Assembly: GCA_038244815.1 (NCBI GenBank)
Contig: JBBRTB010000016.1
Span: forward strand, 29,056 to 93,055
Source of the DNA: Thermoanaerobaculia bacterium
Lineage (GTDB): Bacteria; Acidobacteriota; Thermoanaerobaculia; Gp7-AA8
Reading direction: 5' to 3'
DNA length: 64,000 nucleotides
Both the position numbers and the translations under genes were made by a program. Under the pieces are notes generated by a model. That model ran no database searches, had not been told where the DNA came from, and worked only from the letters and a program-made list of their open reading frames with translations. Of this stretch, positions 8,501-19,899 are shown one piece after another (positions within the stretch are counted from its first letter, which is position 1; each line of letters opens with the position of its first letter).

Positions 8501-8710
8501 ATGACGCCACAGGAATTGCGTTCACGCCGCGTTGCAATCGGGATCTCGGTGGGCGAACTGGCGTTCGAAGTCCGTCTGCCCATCCGCGCGGTGGCAGAGA
8601 TCGAGAAAAGCAATCGCGAAGTGCCGCACGCGGATGTTTTCGTTCGCGCGCTCGAACGCCTCGAGCGCGGCTACGTCGTGCGCCGCTCGACCAGCGGGTC
8701 TGATTCGTAA
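8501..8710 (+). CDS. Small helix-turn-helix (XRE-like) DNA-binding protein
   Basis: A GGAGGTG Shine-Dalgarno sequence lies 5 nt upstream of the ATG. The MTPQELRSRRVAIGISVGELAFEV segment resembles an HTH_XRE motif. Confidence 0.45.
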   Translation: MTPQELRSRRVAIGISVGELAFEVRLPIRAVAEIEKSNREVPHADVFVRALERLERGYVVRRSTSGSDS

Positions 8711-8739
8711 CGAACACCTGCTACCATCGCCTGGGACGC

Positions 8740-8816
8740 GCGCCCTTAGCTCAATTGGACAGAGCATCAGACTTCGGATCTGAGGGTTGGGGGTTCGAGC
8801 CCCTCAGGGCGCACCA
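8740..8816 (+). tRNA. tRNA-Arg (anticodon UCG)
   Basis: GCGCCCTTAGCTCAATTGGACAGAGCATCAGACTTCGGATCTGAGGGTTGGGGGTTCGAGCCCCTCAGGGCGCACCA has a 7-bp acceptor stem. The anticodon loop is CTTCGGA. CCA is encoded. Confidence 0.85.
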
Positions 8817-9121
8817 GGATCCGAAGATCGACTGGCTTCCTCTTCGAGGGCATCGGCGATGCGCATGGCGTTGGCCTCGATGAGGTCCGCGGTGGCGTTC
8901 GCGGGCCGGGACGGACACGAGTGCAGGTGAAGCAGCGCAACGGAATGAACATACGGCCAACCAGCGCGCTCCACTTCGATCCGTCGATGGCACCACACAC
9001 ATTCAAAGTTCACCGGGCAAACCTCCTCCACGAACCGGCGGAGAGAGAGTGCGCCGACCACTGAATGGGGAGTACCCGGAGCGGCCGAACCTACACCCTT
9101 GACAATTCAAGTTTGTAGACT

Positions 9122-9487
9122 GTGGGCATGGCCGGCCGCATCCTCGATCACGTCAGCAAAATCTGCCTCTCCCTTCCGGACACCGAGCTGACGATGACCT
9201 GGGGTGCGCCACATTTCCGGGTCGCGAACAAGATCTTCTGCGGCTGCGGCAAGGGGAAGGAGGGGACCGCTCTCGTGTTCAAGCTGGAGATCGAACACGC
9301 CGACATCCTGGTCAGCAACGATCCTCGCTTCACCCGCTCGCCCTATGTGGGACACAAGGGCTAGGTCTCCATGGACGTGCAATCGATCAGGAACTGGGAC
9401 GAGGTCCATGCGCTGGTCCTCGAGAGCTACCGGCTCATCGCTCCGAAGAGGACGTTCGCGAAACTGGCCGCGGGAAAAGCGCCCTGA
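9122..9487 (+). pseudogene. MmcQ/YjbR-family protein gene interrupted by an in-frame TAG (9362-9364) at a conserved Trp position
   Basis: PHFRVANKIFCG and the C-terminal ESYRLIAPKR are family hallmarks. Reading through the TAG gives ...HKG[W]VSMDVQ..., restoring the conserved GW motif. The whole gene stays in one frame to the TGA at 9485-9487. Confidence 0.5.
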
Positions 9488-9609
9488 CCGCGCAATCACG
9501 CTCGCTTCACGTCTCGGTCACGAGCTGATCGCGCTGCGCCGCCCGCGCAGACGCAATTCACGCGTTGCTGCGACGCCGCCGCACGGCATGACCCGCCCGC
9601 GCGGGTATC

Positions 9610-9834
9610 GTGGCCGTGATGCCACTGACACCTTCTGAATTGCGCCTGTTCGAGGAGGCCTGCGCGAACCGCGCGAATCAGGGCGTGGCCAGCCTCCTCA
9701 ACGTGTTCGGGGCCGCCACCGCCTCGCAGATTCTCGAGCAGATCGCCGCCGCTCCGGTGACGATTCGAAAAGAGTTCATGGAACACGTGCGCAGAGCCAT
9801 CGAGGAACAGCGGCGGTTTCGCCCGAAGGGATGA
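9610..9834 (+). CDS. Hypothetical small protein
   Basis: 74-aa ORF. Its stop overlaps the start of the open frame of the downstream membrane protein. No family was recognised. Confidence 0.25.
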   Translation: MAVMPLTPSELRLFEEACANRANQGVASLLNVFGAATASQILEQIAAAPVTIRKEFMEHVRRAIEEQRRFRPKG

Positions 9835-10066
9835 GTCTTCGCCGCGTGCTACGATCCGTCGCCTGACACGCTCGGAACGCCTCACGCTCAGCGCATGCGC
9901 CGTCGTCTCACTGGCCTTACGATGCGTCGCCTTTTCCCGCTACCGCTTCGACTCGGACGAGCCCCAGCACCTTCATGTCGCGTGGGGCTGGACTGCCGGC
10001 CTCCTGCCGTATCGCGACTACTTCGATAACCACGCGCCTCTGTTTCAACTGCTCACGGCGCCCCTG

Positions 10067-11473
10067 TTGGCCGCACTCGGCGAGCGGTCGAACATCCTGT
10101 TCTTCATGCGCGCGGCCATGCTGCCGCTGTTCGCCATCGTGCTCGCGTGCACCTACCTCCTGGCCCGGCAGATGTACTCGCAACGCGTGGCCCTCTGGTC
10201 GGTCGTGCTGCTCAGCCTCTTTCCGCCGTTCTTCCTCAAGTCGATCGAGTATCGGACGGACAATCTCTGGAACGCGTTCTGGATGATGGCGCTTCTGGCG
10301 CTGGTCTCAAGACCGCCCACGTGGCGCCGCTGGTTCGCCGGCGGATTCCTTCTCGGGTGCGCGCTGGCGGTCTCGATGAAAACGATCCTGCTGGTGGTCA
10401 CGCTGGCGGGTGCGGGCCTGATCACCCGTTACGTGCTGCGCGATCGAACGCGCTTCGCAATCCCAGCCCTCGCCGCGGCCGGCGGGTTCGTCATCGTACC
10501 TGCGATCCTCAGTTCGTACTTCATCGCCGTGGGAGCCTGGCGCAACCTGGTCTACTGCGTGATCACGTTCAACACGCTCATTGAGAAGACCAGGCCGGAA
10601 CTCACCATCCAGCGCTATTTCTGGCCGCTGGCCATCGCGGCGATCGTCCTCGTCGCCCGCAGACACCCCACCGCGAGCGTGCGACGGATGTTCTGCGCGA
10701 CGGCTGTGGCGGTCTTCGCCGTGACCCTTCTCGGCTTCTGGCTCCTCGTTTCCCCTCGCGACATGTTGCCGATCATGCCCATCGGAGCGATCTTCACGGT
10801 CGCTGCGCTCGAGCGGTTCGATGAGCGAGTGCTCATCTACTCGATCACCGCCGCGGTGCTCACGATCGCACTCTTCCACTACACCAGCCGGTTTCAGAAT
10901 CGAACGCGAGCCTTCGTCACGATGATGGATCAGGTCCTTCGTCTGACCCGCCCGGGCGAGCCGGTCATGGACATCAAAGGCGAGACGATCTACCGCCCGC
11001 GTCCTTACTACTACATCTTCGAATTGATCACGCATGACGCCATGGCCAACGGGCTGCTCCCCGACCGTGTGCCCGAGGCGGTCGTGGCCGCGCGGTGCCA
11101 TGTGGCGCAGGCCGATGGACGAGAGTTTCCTCCACGCGCCCGGGCATTCCTCAACGCGAACTTCATGGACCTGGGCCGGCTGCGCGCGGCCGGACAGTGG
11201 CTTGCCGCGGACGGTTCGTTCACGATCGCCGTGCCGGGGCGCTACGTCGTCATCCAGACCCACGGCGAGGCCGGTGGAACGTTGGACGGATCCGAGTATG
11301 AAGGGGCCCGGGATCTCGCGGCTGGAGCACATCGCTTTGTTCCGCTCCGGCCCGGTGAGCGGCTGGCCGTGTTGTGGGCGCCGGCGTTCGAGCGCGGCTT
11401 CTCGCCGTTCCACCTTCAGGACCGCGACTTCAGGTCAAGAGGCCGCCACTCACATTCAAGACGGTTCCTGTGA
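10067..11473 (+). CDS. Polytopic membrane glycosyltransferase-like protein (GT-C fold, PMT/ArnT-like). The true start is probably upstream.
   Basis: 12 or more TM helices. The frame is open back to 9830. The motif FSRYRFDSDEPQHLHVAWGW...LPYRDYFDNHAPLF lies upstream of the first canonical start (TTG 10067). Confidence 0.5.
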   Translation: MAALGERSNILFFMRAAMLPLFAIVLACTYLLARQMYSQRVALWSVVLLSLFPPFFLKSIEYRTDNLWNAFWMMALLALVSRPPTWRRWFAGGFLLGCALAVSMKTILLVVTLAGAGLITRYVLRDRTRFAIPALAAAGGFVIVPAILSSYFIAVGAWRNLVYCVITFNTLIEKTRPELTIQRYFWPLAIAAIVLVARRHPTASVRRMFCATAVAVFAVTLLGFWLLVSPRDMLPIMPIGAIFTVAALERFDERVLIYSITAAVLTIALFHYTSRFQNRTRAFVTMMDQVLRLTRPGEPVMDIKGETIYRPRPYYYIFELITHDAMANGLLPDRVPEAVVAARCHVAQADGREFPPRARAFLNANFMDLGRLRAAGQWLAADGSFTIAVPGRYVVIQTHGEAGGTLDGSEYEGARDLAAGAHRFVPLRPGERLAVLWAPAFERGFSPFHLQDRDFRSRGRHSHSRRFL

Positions 11474-12161
11474 TGTAGGCCGCCTGCTCGGAAGCGAGGA
11501 ACACGACGGCGTAGGCGACGTCGTCGGGCGTGCCCAGGCGCCTCAGGGCGATGTGCTCTTCTAGCTTGCCCTTCGCCTCGTCGGTCATGGCGTCGGTCAT
11601 CGACGTCTGAATGAATCCCGGTGCCACGGCATTCACGGTCACGTTGCGCGATCCGATCTCGAGCGCCAGAGCCTTCGTGAATCCGATGAGCGCCGCTTTC
11701 GAAGCCGCATAGTTCACCTGGCCGGCGTTGCCCATCATCCCGACGACCGAGGAGATGTTGATCACGCGGCCCCATCGGGCCCGGATCATTTTCTTCACCA
11801 CTTCCTGTGTGATGTTGAACGCCGAGTCGAGATTCGTGCGCATCACGCTCGACCACGCCTCCGGCTTCATGCGAATGAACAGGTCGTCCGCGGTGATACC
11901 GGCGTTGTTGACGAGGATGTCGATACCGCGCTCCTCCTGCAGTTTCCTGATGCGCTCGCGGACGTCGGCACCGGTGATATCCAGCTCGACGGCGGTGGCG
12001 TTGCTGCCGATGGCGCTGGCCACCTGCTGCACGCGCTCGAGACTCCGCGCCGCCACGAGAACGTGCGCGCCGGTCTCGCCGAGCCGCCTGGCGATGGACT
12101 CGCCAATGCCTCGCGACGCGCCGGTGACGAGCGCCGTTTTCCCGCTGAGATCGATCTTCAT
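11430..12161 (-). CDS. fabG: 3-oxoacyl-[ACP] reductase
   Basis: SDR family. TGASRGIG Rossmann motif and the YAASKAAL catalytic motif. 243 aa. Overlaps the fabD stop. Confidence 0.85.
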   Translation of the reverse strand: MKIDLSGKTALVTGASRGIGESIARRLGETGAHVLVAARSLERVQQVASAIGSNATAVELDITGADVRERIRKLQEERGIDILVNNAGITADDLFIRMKPEAWSSVMRTNLDSAFNITQEVVKKMIRARWGRVINISSVVGMMGNAGQVNYAASKAALIGFTKALALEIGSRNVTVNAVAPGFIQTSMTDAMTDEAKGKLEEHIALRRLGTPDDVAYAVVFLASEQAAYITGTVLNVSGGLLT

Positions 12162-13099
12162 GCCTTCACCCGTGCCAGGAACGATTCCAATGATGCGACA
12201 TCCGAGACGTTGACCAGCTCGACCGAGGAGTCGATGCGCTTGATCAGACCGGTCAGTACGTTCCCGGGACCGACTTCGACGAAGTGTCGCACGCCCATGG
12301 CCATCATCTTCTGCACCGACTCCACCCACCGCACCGGCGATGCCACCTGGCGGATGAGGGCGTTGCGCACCGCATGCGCGGTTCCGATCGGCGAGGCATC
12401 GACATTCGAGATCAGCGACAGCCCCAGATCCTTGAACGGCGCCTTTTCGAGAATCGGGCGCAGGCGCTCTTCTGCCGGCTTCATGAGCTCGCAGTGAAAT
12501 GGCGCGGAAACGGGAAGCAGAAGGGCGCGGCGCACTCCCCGTTTCTTCGCCGCCTCGATGGCCCGATCGATTCCCGCCTTCGTACCGGCGATGACGATCT
12601 GTCCCGGGGCATTGATGTTCGCGACGGACACGACCTCGCCCTGCGCCGCTTCGTCGCAGATCGCGCGCGCCTCTTCGACCGACGGACCGATCAGCGCAGC
12701 CATCGCGCCCGCTCCCACCGGCACCGCGTCCTGCATGAACTTCCCGCGCAGGTGAACGATCTTTGCAGCCTCCGGTGCGGTCAGTCCGCCCACGCTGACG
12801 ATGGCGCTGTACTCGCCGAGCGAATGCCCGGCCACGAGATCGCGGCGCGTGGCGTTCTGCTCTTCGAGCACGGCGTGGATCGCGGCGGAGACAGCGAGAA
12901 TCGCCGGCTGCGTGTTCCGCGTCAGTTTGAGTTCTTCGTCCGGACCCTCGAAGCAGAGCCTGGAGATCGAGTAGCCGAGAGCGGAGTCGATCTCGTCGAA
13001 GACGCGGCGGGCGGTTGGATAGCGCTCGGCGATATCCTTGCCCATCCCCGTGTACTGGCTGCCCTGGCCGGGAAACACGAATGCGGTGTTGTGCACCAT
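12158..13099 (-). CDS. fabD: Malonyl-CoA:ACP transacylase
   Basis: FPGQGSQ and GHSLGE motifs. 313 aa. Confidence 0.85.
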   Translation of the reverse strand: MVHNTAFVFPGQGSQYTGMGKDIAERYPTARRVFDEIDSALGYSISRLCFEGPDEELKLTRNTQPAILAVSAAIHAVLEEQNATRRDLVAGHSLGEYSAIVSVGGLTAPEAAKIVHLRGKFMQDAVPVGAGAMAALIGPSVEEARAICDEAAQGEVVSVANINAPGQIVIAGTKAGIDRAIEAAKKRGVRRALLLPVSAPFHCELMKPAEERLRPILEKAPFKDLGLSLISNVDASPIGTAHAVRNALIRQVASPVRWVESVQKMMAMGVRHFVEVGPGNVLTGLIKRIDSSVELVNVSDVASLESFLARVKA

Positions 13100-13301
13100 C
13101 GGCCGCGAATCATACCGATCTTCTTCACCATCGGCAGGGTGCCGGGGGCGCTCTGACACATTACCGGCTGGTTTCTGCCGATGTGCGGTGCCGGCCGCCT
13201 GGAACGGCGCAACATCGTCGAGTACGAGCGCGCGGCGATGCATGCGCTGCTTTGCGGTCGCGAGGATCTCATCGACTGCCTCGTACCGGGAGCCTGAGCG
13301 G

Positions 13302-14369
<1,068 letters not shown>

Positions 14370-14381
14370 GGAACGCCGGAA

Positions 14382-14567
14382 CTACAGGACGTCCTTGACG
14401 GCGATGACTTCGCGTCCCTTGTAATAGCCGCACTTCGGGCAAACGCGGTGAGGCATCTTGGCTTCGTGACACTGCGGGCACGTCGAGAGCGACTTGGCCA
14501 CGAGGAAATCATGCGCCCGGCGCGTGCGCGTGCGAGCCTTGGAATGGCGTCTTTTGGGATTCGGCAT
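14382..14567 (-). CDS. rpmF: 50S ribosomal protein L32
   Basis: MPNPKRRHSKARTRTRRAH with a CPxC...CxxC zinc ribbon. 61 aa. Confidence 0.85.
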   Translation of the reverse strand: MPNPKRRHSKARTRTRRAHDFLVAKSLSTCPQCHEAKMPHRVCPKCGYYKGREVIAVKDVL

Positions 14568-14579
14568 CGGACTTCTCTC

Positions 14580-15140
14580 CTACTGATTCGTTTTCTTCGA
14601 GATCTGGTCGCGAATGCCCTGGAGTGCGCCCCAGCGTTCATCGGTGACCGAGTCGTCGCAATTGCAGCGCTCGCGCGTGCGATTCACTCCACATTTCGGG
14701 CAAAGACCGAGACAATTCTCGTCGCAGAGCGGCTTCATCGGAATGGTGAGCTGGATCTGCTCCGCCGCAAGATCCCGAAGCGGGATCTCCCGATGAGAAT
14801 AGAACTCGACGTCGAGCTCCTCCTCACCGGCGATCTCGACTTCTTCTTCCGCGCCAGACCCCTCGGGACGAGGCCGGAATCTTACGTGAAACTTTCCCGA
14901 GTTCGCAAACGGATAGGGATCGACACACCGCGAGCAGTTGAGTTCGAGCACGACCTTCGCGGTTCCGTCGGCAATGTACTCGCCGGGGTAGTGGCCCTGC
15001 TCGACGTACGCGTCGAGCTCGATCGAGCCGGTACCCGACACCTCGTCGCGATTGATCTCGCCGGCGGGGATCTCGAAGAGTCCGTGAACCGTCTGCGATC
15101 CGAATTCGTCGATTTCGTCGAAATTGATGACGTCGCTCAT
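14580..15140 (-). CDS. DUF177 / YceD-family protein
   Basis: Acidic protein with a C-terminal CxxC...C cluster. It sits upstream of rpmF-plsX as in many bacteria. Confidence 0.7.
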   Translation of the reverse strand: MSDVINFDEIDEFGSQTVHGLFEIPAGEINRDEVSGTGSIELDAYVEQGHYPGEYIADGTAKVVLELNCSRCVDPYPFANSGKFHVRFRPRPEGSGAEEEVEIAGEEELDVEFYSHREIPLRDLAAEQIQLTIPMKPLCDENCLGLCPKCGVNRTRERCNCDDSVTDERWGALQGIRDQISKKTNQ

Positions 15141-15207
15141 AGAAAAGAACGGAAAGCCCCCGGCGGGCCGGGCGCTGGTTCATGCCCTAACCTCTTGACC
15201 TGCCGAT

Positions 15208-16458
15208 CTATTTCGCCACGCGTACCCGTAATTCCTCGGTGGCGGCATTCACCGAGTGCGCGGCCTCCAGCGACCGCGCCGAGGACAACCAATCGATCCA
15301 GCGCCGGAGGTCGCGCGCCGAGCGGTAGAGGCGCGGTGCGATGAGACGCAACCCGGTGTTGTCGCCGAGCCGCTTGAGGATTGGGGCGGCTCGCTGCGGA
15401 TCGAGACGCACCGACCAGTCATTGGACAGCCACGAGGCGTTGGCGAACGCCTCGGCCGAATAGCGGCCCATGCTCTCGTTGTCGAACGAGACCAGCAGTT
15501 CGCTGCCTTTTCTTCGAATCTCGCCGAACAGGCGCACCGCCGGTTCGATCCTGCTGATGACCTCCTCGTTCTGTTCGGTGGCGTTCGCCACGATGAGGCC
15601 GTCGGGGCGCGGCATCAGCGTTCCCGCGTTCACGTCATAGAGGACGATCGTGCCGCCATCGTCGAGAAGACGAGAAACCTTCGACATGAGCAGACGGTCG
15701 AGATCGCTGACGAACCGGGGCGGATGGCGGAACGTCGCCGCGAGCAGCGCGCCCTCGGGGAACCGGGGCCTGACCGCGGGTTGAGGTTCCGAGGTCTGAG
15801 GTCCGCGGTCCGGGCTCTCAACTCTGGCACTCAAGCTCGTCAGATTGAGGTCTTCGGCTCCAATCTGCACGGTCGTCACCACGGGACGGGGCATCGGCGG
15901 AAATCCGTTCGACTCCGGCCCCTGCTGGACGACCACCGCGTCCGCGGAGGGAAGCCCGTTGGCCACGGCCAGGATTCGATCGAGACGGGACGCACCGAGA
16001 GGCTCGCCGGCGGCAGGATTGATGAGGAGCGTGCCGGCGCTGACGCGGGCGTCGAGGCCCGACCCGAGCATCAGATATACGCGGACGATTCCGGCGCGCA
16101 GCGGATCGAGATGAATGGCGTAGCTGGTCCGCTTTGCAGCGCGCCACATCACCAGATCGGCGTCCCCGATCATCCAGGGGCGGGGAACCTGCGGCTTGTC
16201 GATCCATTCGAGGATGGGGTCGCGCGTGAGGGGATTCGCGATCAGCCTGGCCCGAACGGCCGAAGCAGCGGGGATGAGCGCGAACGTCTCGGCGTTCGCC
16301 GGGACGGCGGCCAGAAGATCGAGTTGGGCGGGCGTGAGCGGAAAGTGCACGCCGCCGCTCGCCGCCGGCACCGCCGTGCTCAGATAGATCACCACCGCGG
16401 CCAGGGCTACGGCCACAGCTACGATGAGGGTCAGGATGACGATCGTGAACTTCCGCAC
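15208..16458 (-). CDS. Hypothetical N-terminally membrane-anchored protein
   Basis: 416 aa with one N-terminal TM helix. Divergent from the GT4 genes. No family was recognised. Confidence 0.45.
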   Translation of the reverse strand: MRKFTIVILTLIVAVAVALAAVVIYLSTAVPAASGGVHFPLTPAQLDLLAAVPANAETFALIPAASAVRARLIANPLTRDPILEWIDKPQVPRPWMIGDADLVMWRAAKRTSYAIHLDPLRAGIVRVYLMLGSGLDARVSAGTLLINPAAGEPLGASRLDRILAVANGLPSADAVVVQQGPESNGFPPMPRPVVTTVQIGAEDLNLTSLSARVESPDRGPQTSEPQPAVRPRFPEGALLAATFRHPPRFVSDLDRLLMSKVSRLLDDGGTIVLYDVNAGTLMPRPDGLIVANATEQNEEVISRIEPAVRLFGEIRRKGSELLVSFDNESMGRYSAEAFANASWLSNDWSVRLDPQRAAPILKRLGDNTGLRLIAPRLYRSARDLRRWIDWLSSARSLEAAHSVNAATEELRVRVAK

Positions 16459-16560
16459 CTGTTACTATCCGCCTCCGTGATTCTGCCGACTGTCGGCACG
16501 GTCGTTCACACCCTGGGCCACGCATTCGCGCAGCGCATCTCCCGCGCCAGGCGCGCCGCC

Positions 16561-17679
16561 GTGTCGCGCCGCCGTCCGCTCAGGATCGGCTTCGACATCC
16601 GTCCTTTCTACGAGCCTTTGACCGGCGTGGGCTGGTATCTCTATCACCTTCTGCATGAGATCGCCCGTGACGATGAGGTGGAGATGGTCTTGTTCGGCGA
16701 TGCCCGCATCACCGATGAGGGTCCCCATCTTCACGCCGCCCTGCCCGCGGAGGCACGCCTCTTGTCGTTCGATCTGCGCGGACAGCCACGGTCACGTCTG
16801 GCCCGGCCTCTGACCGCCGCCGCGTATGTGGCCTGGATGGAGCTGGCGGATTGCGACGTGGTGTTCGGCGCGAATTACTTTCTGCCGCGACTGATGGGAG
16901 CGATCGCCCGGCGGCGCGTCATCACCATCCACGATCTGACGTACAAGCGTTTCCCGGAGCTGCTGCAGAAGGAGACGCTCGACAACCTGGAGCGGCAGAT
17001 GACGCGTGAGATCGGGCTGGCCGACGCCATCATCTGCGTGTCGGAGTCGACACGGCGCGACCTGCTGGCGTACTACCAGGTGGACCCGAGGCGCGTGCAC
17101 GCCATTCATTCAGGGCTGGCCACGCTCGAGAAGCCCTGGCCCGTTCCGGGCCTGCCGGAGCGCTACATCCTGTTCGTGAGCACGATCGAGCCGAGGAAAA
17201 ATCTCGACGTGCTGCTCGACGCGTTCGAGGCCATCGGTGACCAGTACAGCGGAGATCTCGTCGTCGCCGGCCGCATGGGCTGGAAATCGGAGCAGACGGC
17301 GCGCCGGCTGCGTGGCCGGCGGATCATGCATCTCGACTATCTTCCTCCCGCCGAGCTGGCCACCGTCTATCAGAACGCCGAGGTGTTCGTGTTCCCGTCG
17401 ATCTATGAGGGATTCGGGTTCCCGCTGCTCGAGGCCATGGCGCAGGGCGTGCCGACGATCGCCGCGCGCAGCTCCTCGCTTCCCGAAATCGGCGGCGACG
17501 CCACGCTCTTCTTTGACCCGCACGATGCGCGGGAACTGGCGGCGGCCTTGCGCCGCGTGACCACGGATCCGGTGCTGCGCCGCGACCTCATCGCGCGCGG
17601 CCGCGAGCGCGCGGCGCACTTCCGCTGGGATGTGGCAGCACAGGAGACGCTGCGGGTGATTCGCAGCGTCTCCTTCTGA
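16561..17679 (+). CDS. Glycosyltransferase family 4 (GT-B, Glycos_transf_1)
   Basis: GTG start. C-terminal EGFGFPLLEAMAQGVP motif. Confidence 0.75.
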   Translation: MSRRRPLRIGFDIRPFYEPLTGVGWYLYHLLHEIARDDEVEMVLFGDARITDEGPHLHAALPAEARLLSFDLRGQPRSRLARPLTAAAYVAWMELADCDVVFGANYFLPRLMGAIARRRVITIHDLTYKRFPELLQKETLDNLERQMTREIGLADAIICVSESTRRDLLAYYQVDPRRVHAIHSGLATLEKPWPVPGLPERYILFVSTIEPRKNLDVLLDAFEAIGDQYSGDLVVAGRMGWKSEQTARRLRGRRIMHLDYLPPAELATVYQNAEVFVFPSIYEGFGFPLLEAMAQGVPTIAARSSSLPEIGGDATLFFDPHDARELAAALRRVTTDPVLRRDLIARGRERAAHFRWDVAAQETLRVIRSVSF

Positions 17680-17780
17680 AGCGCCCCCCACCCAGATTCC
17701 TCGCCGTCTTCGCGGCTCGGAATGACCAGCCGCCGTCAGGAATCTGGGCGGGGGGTCAGCGTGACGCTACACTCCAGCGA

Positions 17781-18812
17781 TTGCAATCGCTCAATGTCGT
17801 GATCGACGGCCGGCCGCTCGTGGGGAACCGCACCGGAGTCGGCGTGCACACCGCCGAGATCGCGGCACGCCTGCCGTTCCAGCCCGCTCCGCTCATCGCC
17901 TCGCATGCGCCCATCGAGAACCGCGATCGCGTGGAGCACTGCCGGTTTGCTGTCGATCCGTATCCGCTGGGCGTGCTCTGGCAGCAGCTCCGGCTTCCCC
18001 GCATCGACGGCGATGTCGTCTGGGGACCTCACGGCACACTGCCCCTTGCGCTGCGGAAGCCAGCGGTCGTCACGCTCCACGACTTCACCTCCATCACCAT
18101 GCCGGCACGCCACAAGCTCAGCACCATCCTGTCGTTCAACCTTTTCATCGGACGCAGCCTGGAAATGGCCGGACGCGTAGCGGCGGTCTCGCGCGCCGTG
18201 GCAGCGGAGGCAATCCGCGGCTTCGGCGTGGCGCCATCGAAGATCGAAATCGTGCCGAACGGGGTCGACGACTTCTTCTCGCCTGGCGATCACGATGGCG
18301 GCGGCTACATCCTGTTCGTCGGTACGCTCGAGCCGCGCAAGGGCCTCGGCGATCTGGTCCGCGCGTGGTCCGCACTGCCGGCGCCGCGGCCGCGGCTTGT
18401 CCTCTGCGGAGACCGCGGATGGAGAACACGCGTGCAGAATCTGCCCGGCATCGAGTGGACCGGATACGTCACGCGCGAACGGCTGCGCGATCTCTATCGC
18501 GGCGCGCTGCTCTTCGTCTATCCCTCACGCTACGAGGGATTCGGGATTCCGCCGCTCGAGGCGATGGCGTGCGGCGCGCCGGTGGTGGCGACGCGGACCG
18601 GCGCGACAGCCGAATATGCCGGCGACGCGGCGCTGCTCGTCGATCCCGGGGACACCGAAGCGCTGCGCCAGGCCATGTTGCGGCTGATCCGTGATGGGTC
18701 GCTGCGCGACGAGCTGCGCGGCCGTGCCATCGAGCGCGCCGGCCTGTACCGGTGGGACGCGAGCGCACGAACAATGACAGAGCTGCTCCTGGAGGCAGGG
18801 CGGTGCGCGTAG
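17781..18812 (+). CDS. Glycosyltransferase family 4
   Basis: [18 protein letters not shown] motif. 343 aa. Confidence 0.75.
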   Translation: MQSLNVVIDGRPLVGNRTGVGVHTAEIAARLPFQPAPLIASHAPIENRDRVEHCRFAVDPYPLGVLWQQLRLPRIDGDVVWGPHGTLPLALRKPAVVTLHDFTSITMPARHKLSTILSFNLFIGRSLEMAGRVAAVSRAVAAEAIRGFGVAPSKIEIVPNGVDDFFSPGDHDGGGYILFVGTLEPRKGLGDLVRAWSALPAPRPRLVLCGDRGWRTRVQNLPGIEWTGYVTRERLRDLYRGALLFVYPSRYEGFGIPPLEAMACGAPVVATRTGATAEYAGDAALLVDPGDTEALRQAMLRLIRDGSLRDELRGRAIERAGLYRWDASARTMTELLLEAGRCA

Positions 18813-19834
18813 CCATCGACGCGCGCAAGATCGCCGATTTCGGCATCGGCACGTACATCCGCGGCCTGCTGGGCGGTCTCCTGGAGATCGGCGGCGACGA
18901 CACGTACATCGTCCTCGCTCCGGCCTCCGCGCGCGACCTCGTGCCCGTACCGTTCGAGCACGTCGTGCTGGAGACGCCGTCGTATTCGGTACGCGAGCTC
19001 GTCTCGGTCTCGCGCGCGGTCGAGCGGGCCCGCGCCGACGTGTTTCACTCCCCGCACTACGTCGTTCCGTTCACGCGACGCCCCACCGTGGTCACCATCC
19101 ACGACCTCATTCATCTGCACCAGCCGATGAAGAACCGGCTGGTGCCACTGTACGCGCGGATCATGATGCAGCGTGCGGTACGCAAGAGCGCGCGCGTGCT
19201 GACCGTGAGCGCGGCCGTGAAGAATCAGATCATCCTGGAGCTGGGATGCCCGGCTTCGAAGATCGCGGTGACGCACAACGGAGTCGACGAGGTCTTTCGG
19301 GGCGGCCGGCCCAACCGTTCACCCGCGCACTATTTTCTGTTCGTCGGCAACGACAAGCCCCACAAGAACGTCGACCGGGTGGTGGAGGCCTATGCGATCG
19401 TGCGCGCCGTGATGCCGGCGTCGTCCCTGGTTGTGGCCGGAAGTCCATTCCGCAGATTCGGCGCCCGCGAGGGAGTGATCACGCCGGGCTTCGTAACCAC
19501 GGCCGAGTTGTCCTCGCTCTATCGCAACGCCATCGCGCTCGTGCAACCGAGCCTGGAGGAAGGGTTCGGACTGCCGGCGCTGGAGGCCATGAGCTGCGGC
19601 ACGGCCGTGATCACGTCGCACGATCCCGCGCTCGTCGAGATCACCGCGGGTGGAGCGCTGAACGTCGACGCGCGTTCCGTTCGCGAGATCGCCGGAGCCA
19701 TGCAGTTGCTGGCCGGCGACGACGACCTTCGCATGACTCTGGCCGCGCGCGGAATCGAGCGCGCTCATCGCTTCACCTGGCGAGAATGCGCGCGCGAAAC
19801 GCGGCGCGTGTATCGCGAGACCAGCATGTCGTGA
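18803..19834 (+). CDS. Glycosyltransferase family 4
   Basis: The GTG start overlaps the upstream stop. [18 protein letters not shown] motif. Confidence 0.75.
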   Translation: MRVAIDARKIADFGIGTYIRGLLGGLLEIGGDDTYIVLAPASARDLVPVPFEHVVLETPSYSVRELVSVSRAVERARADVFHSPHYVVPFTRRPTVVTIHDLIHLHQPMKNRLVPLYARIMMQRAVRKSARVLTVSAAVKNQIILELGCPASKIAVTHNGVDEVFRGGRPNRSPAHYFLFVGNDKPHKNVDRVVEAYAIVRAVMPASSLVVAGSPFRRFGAREGVITPGFVTTAELSSLYRNAIALVQPSLEEGFGLPALEAMSCGTAVITSHDPALVEITAGGALNVDARSVREIAGAMQLLAGDDDLRMTLAARGIERAHRFTWRECARETRRVYRETSMS

Positions 19835-19899
19835 GTTGCTCGAGTTGTGGAACTCCGTGGAACAGCATGCTTTTGATTTCGATTTTGATAAACAAATGC

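Noticed and set aside
8804-9061. 85-aa Cys-containing ORF on the minus strand directly after tRNA-Arg
   Set aside because: Its stop overlaps the tRNA 3' end. No start context or family signal is present. It is possibly a remnant, but unsupported.
13100-13301. Possible small gene or fabH remnant in the 200-nt gap between fabD and plsX
   Set aside because: No open frame longer than about 30 codons and no recognisable motif by eye. This is left as an observation only.
15256-16560. N-terminal 435 codons of the 807-aa ORF preceding the first GT4 gene
   Set aside because: It is antisense to the 15208..16458 gene and Arg-rich with low complexity. The glycosyltransferase homology begins at the GTG at 16561.
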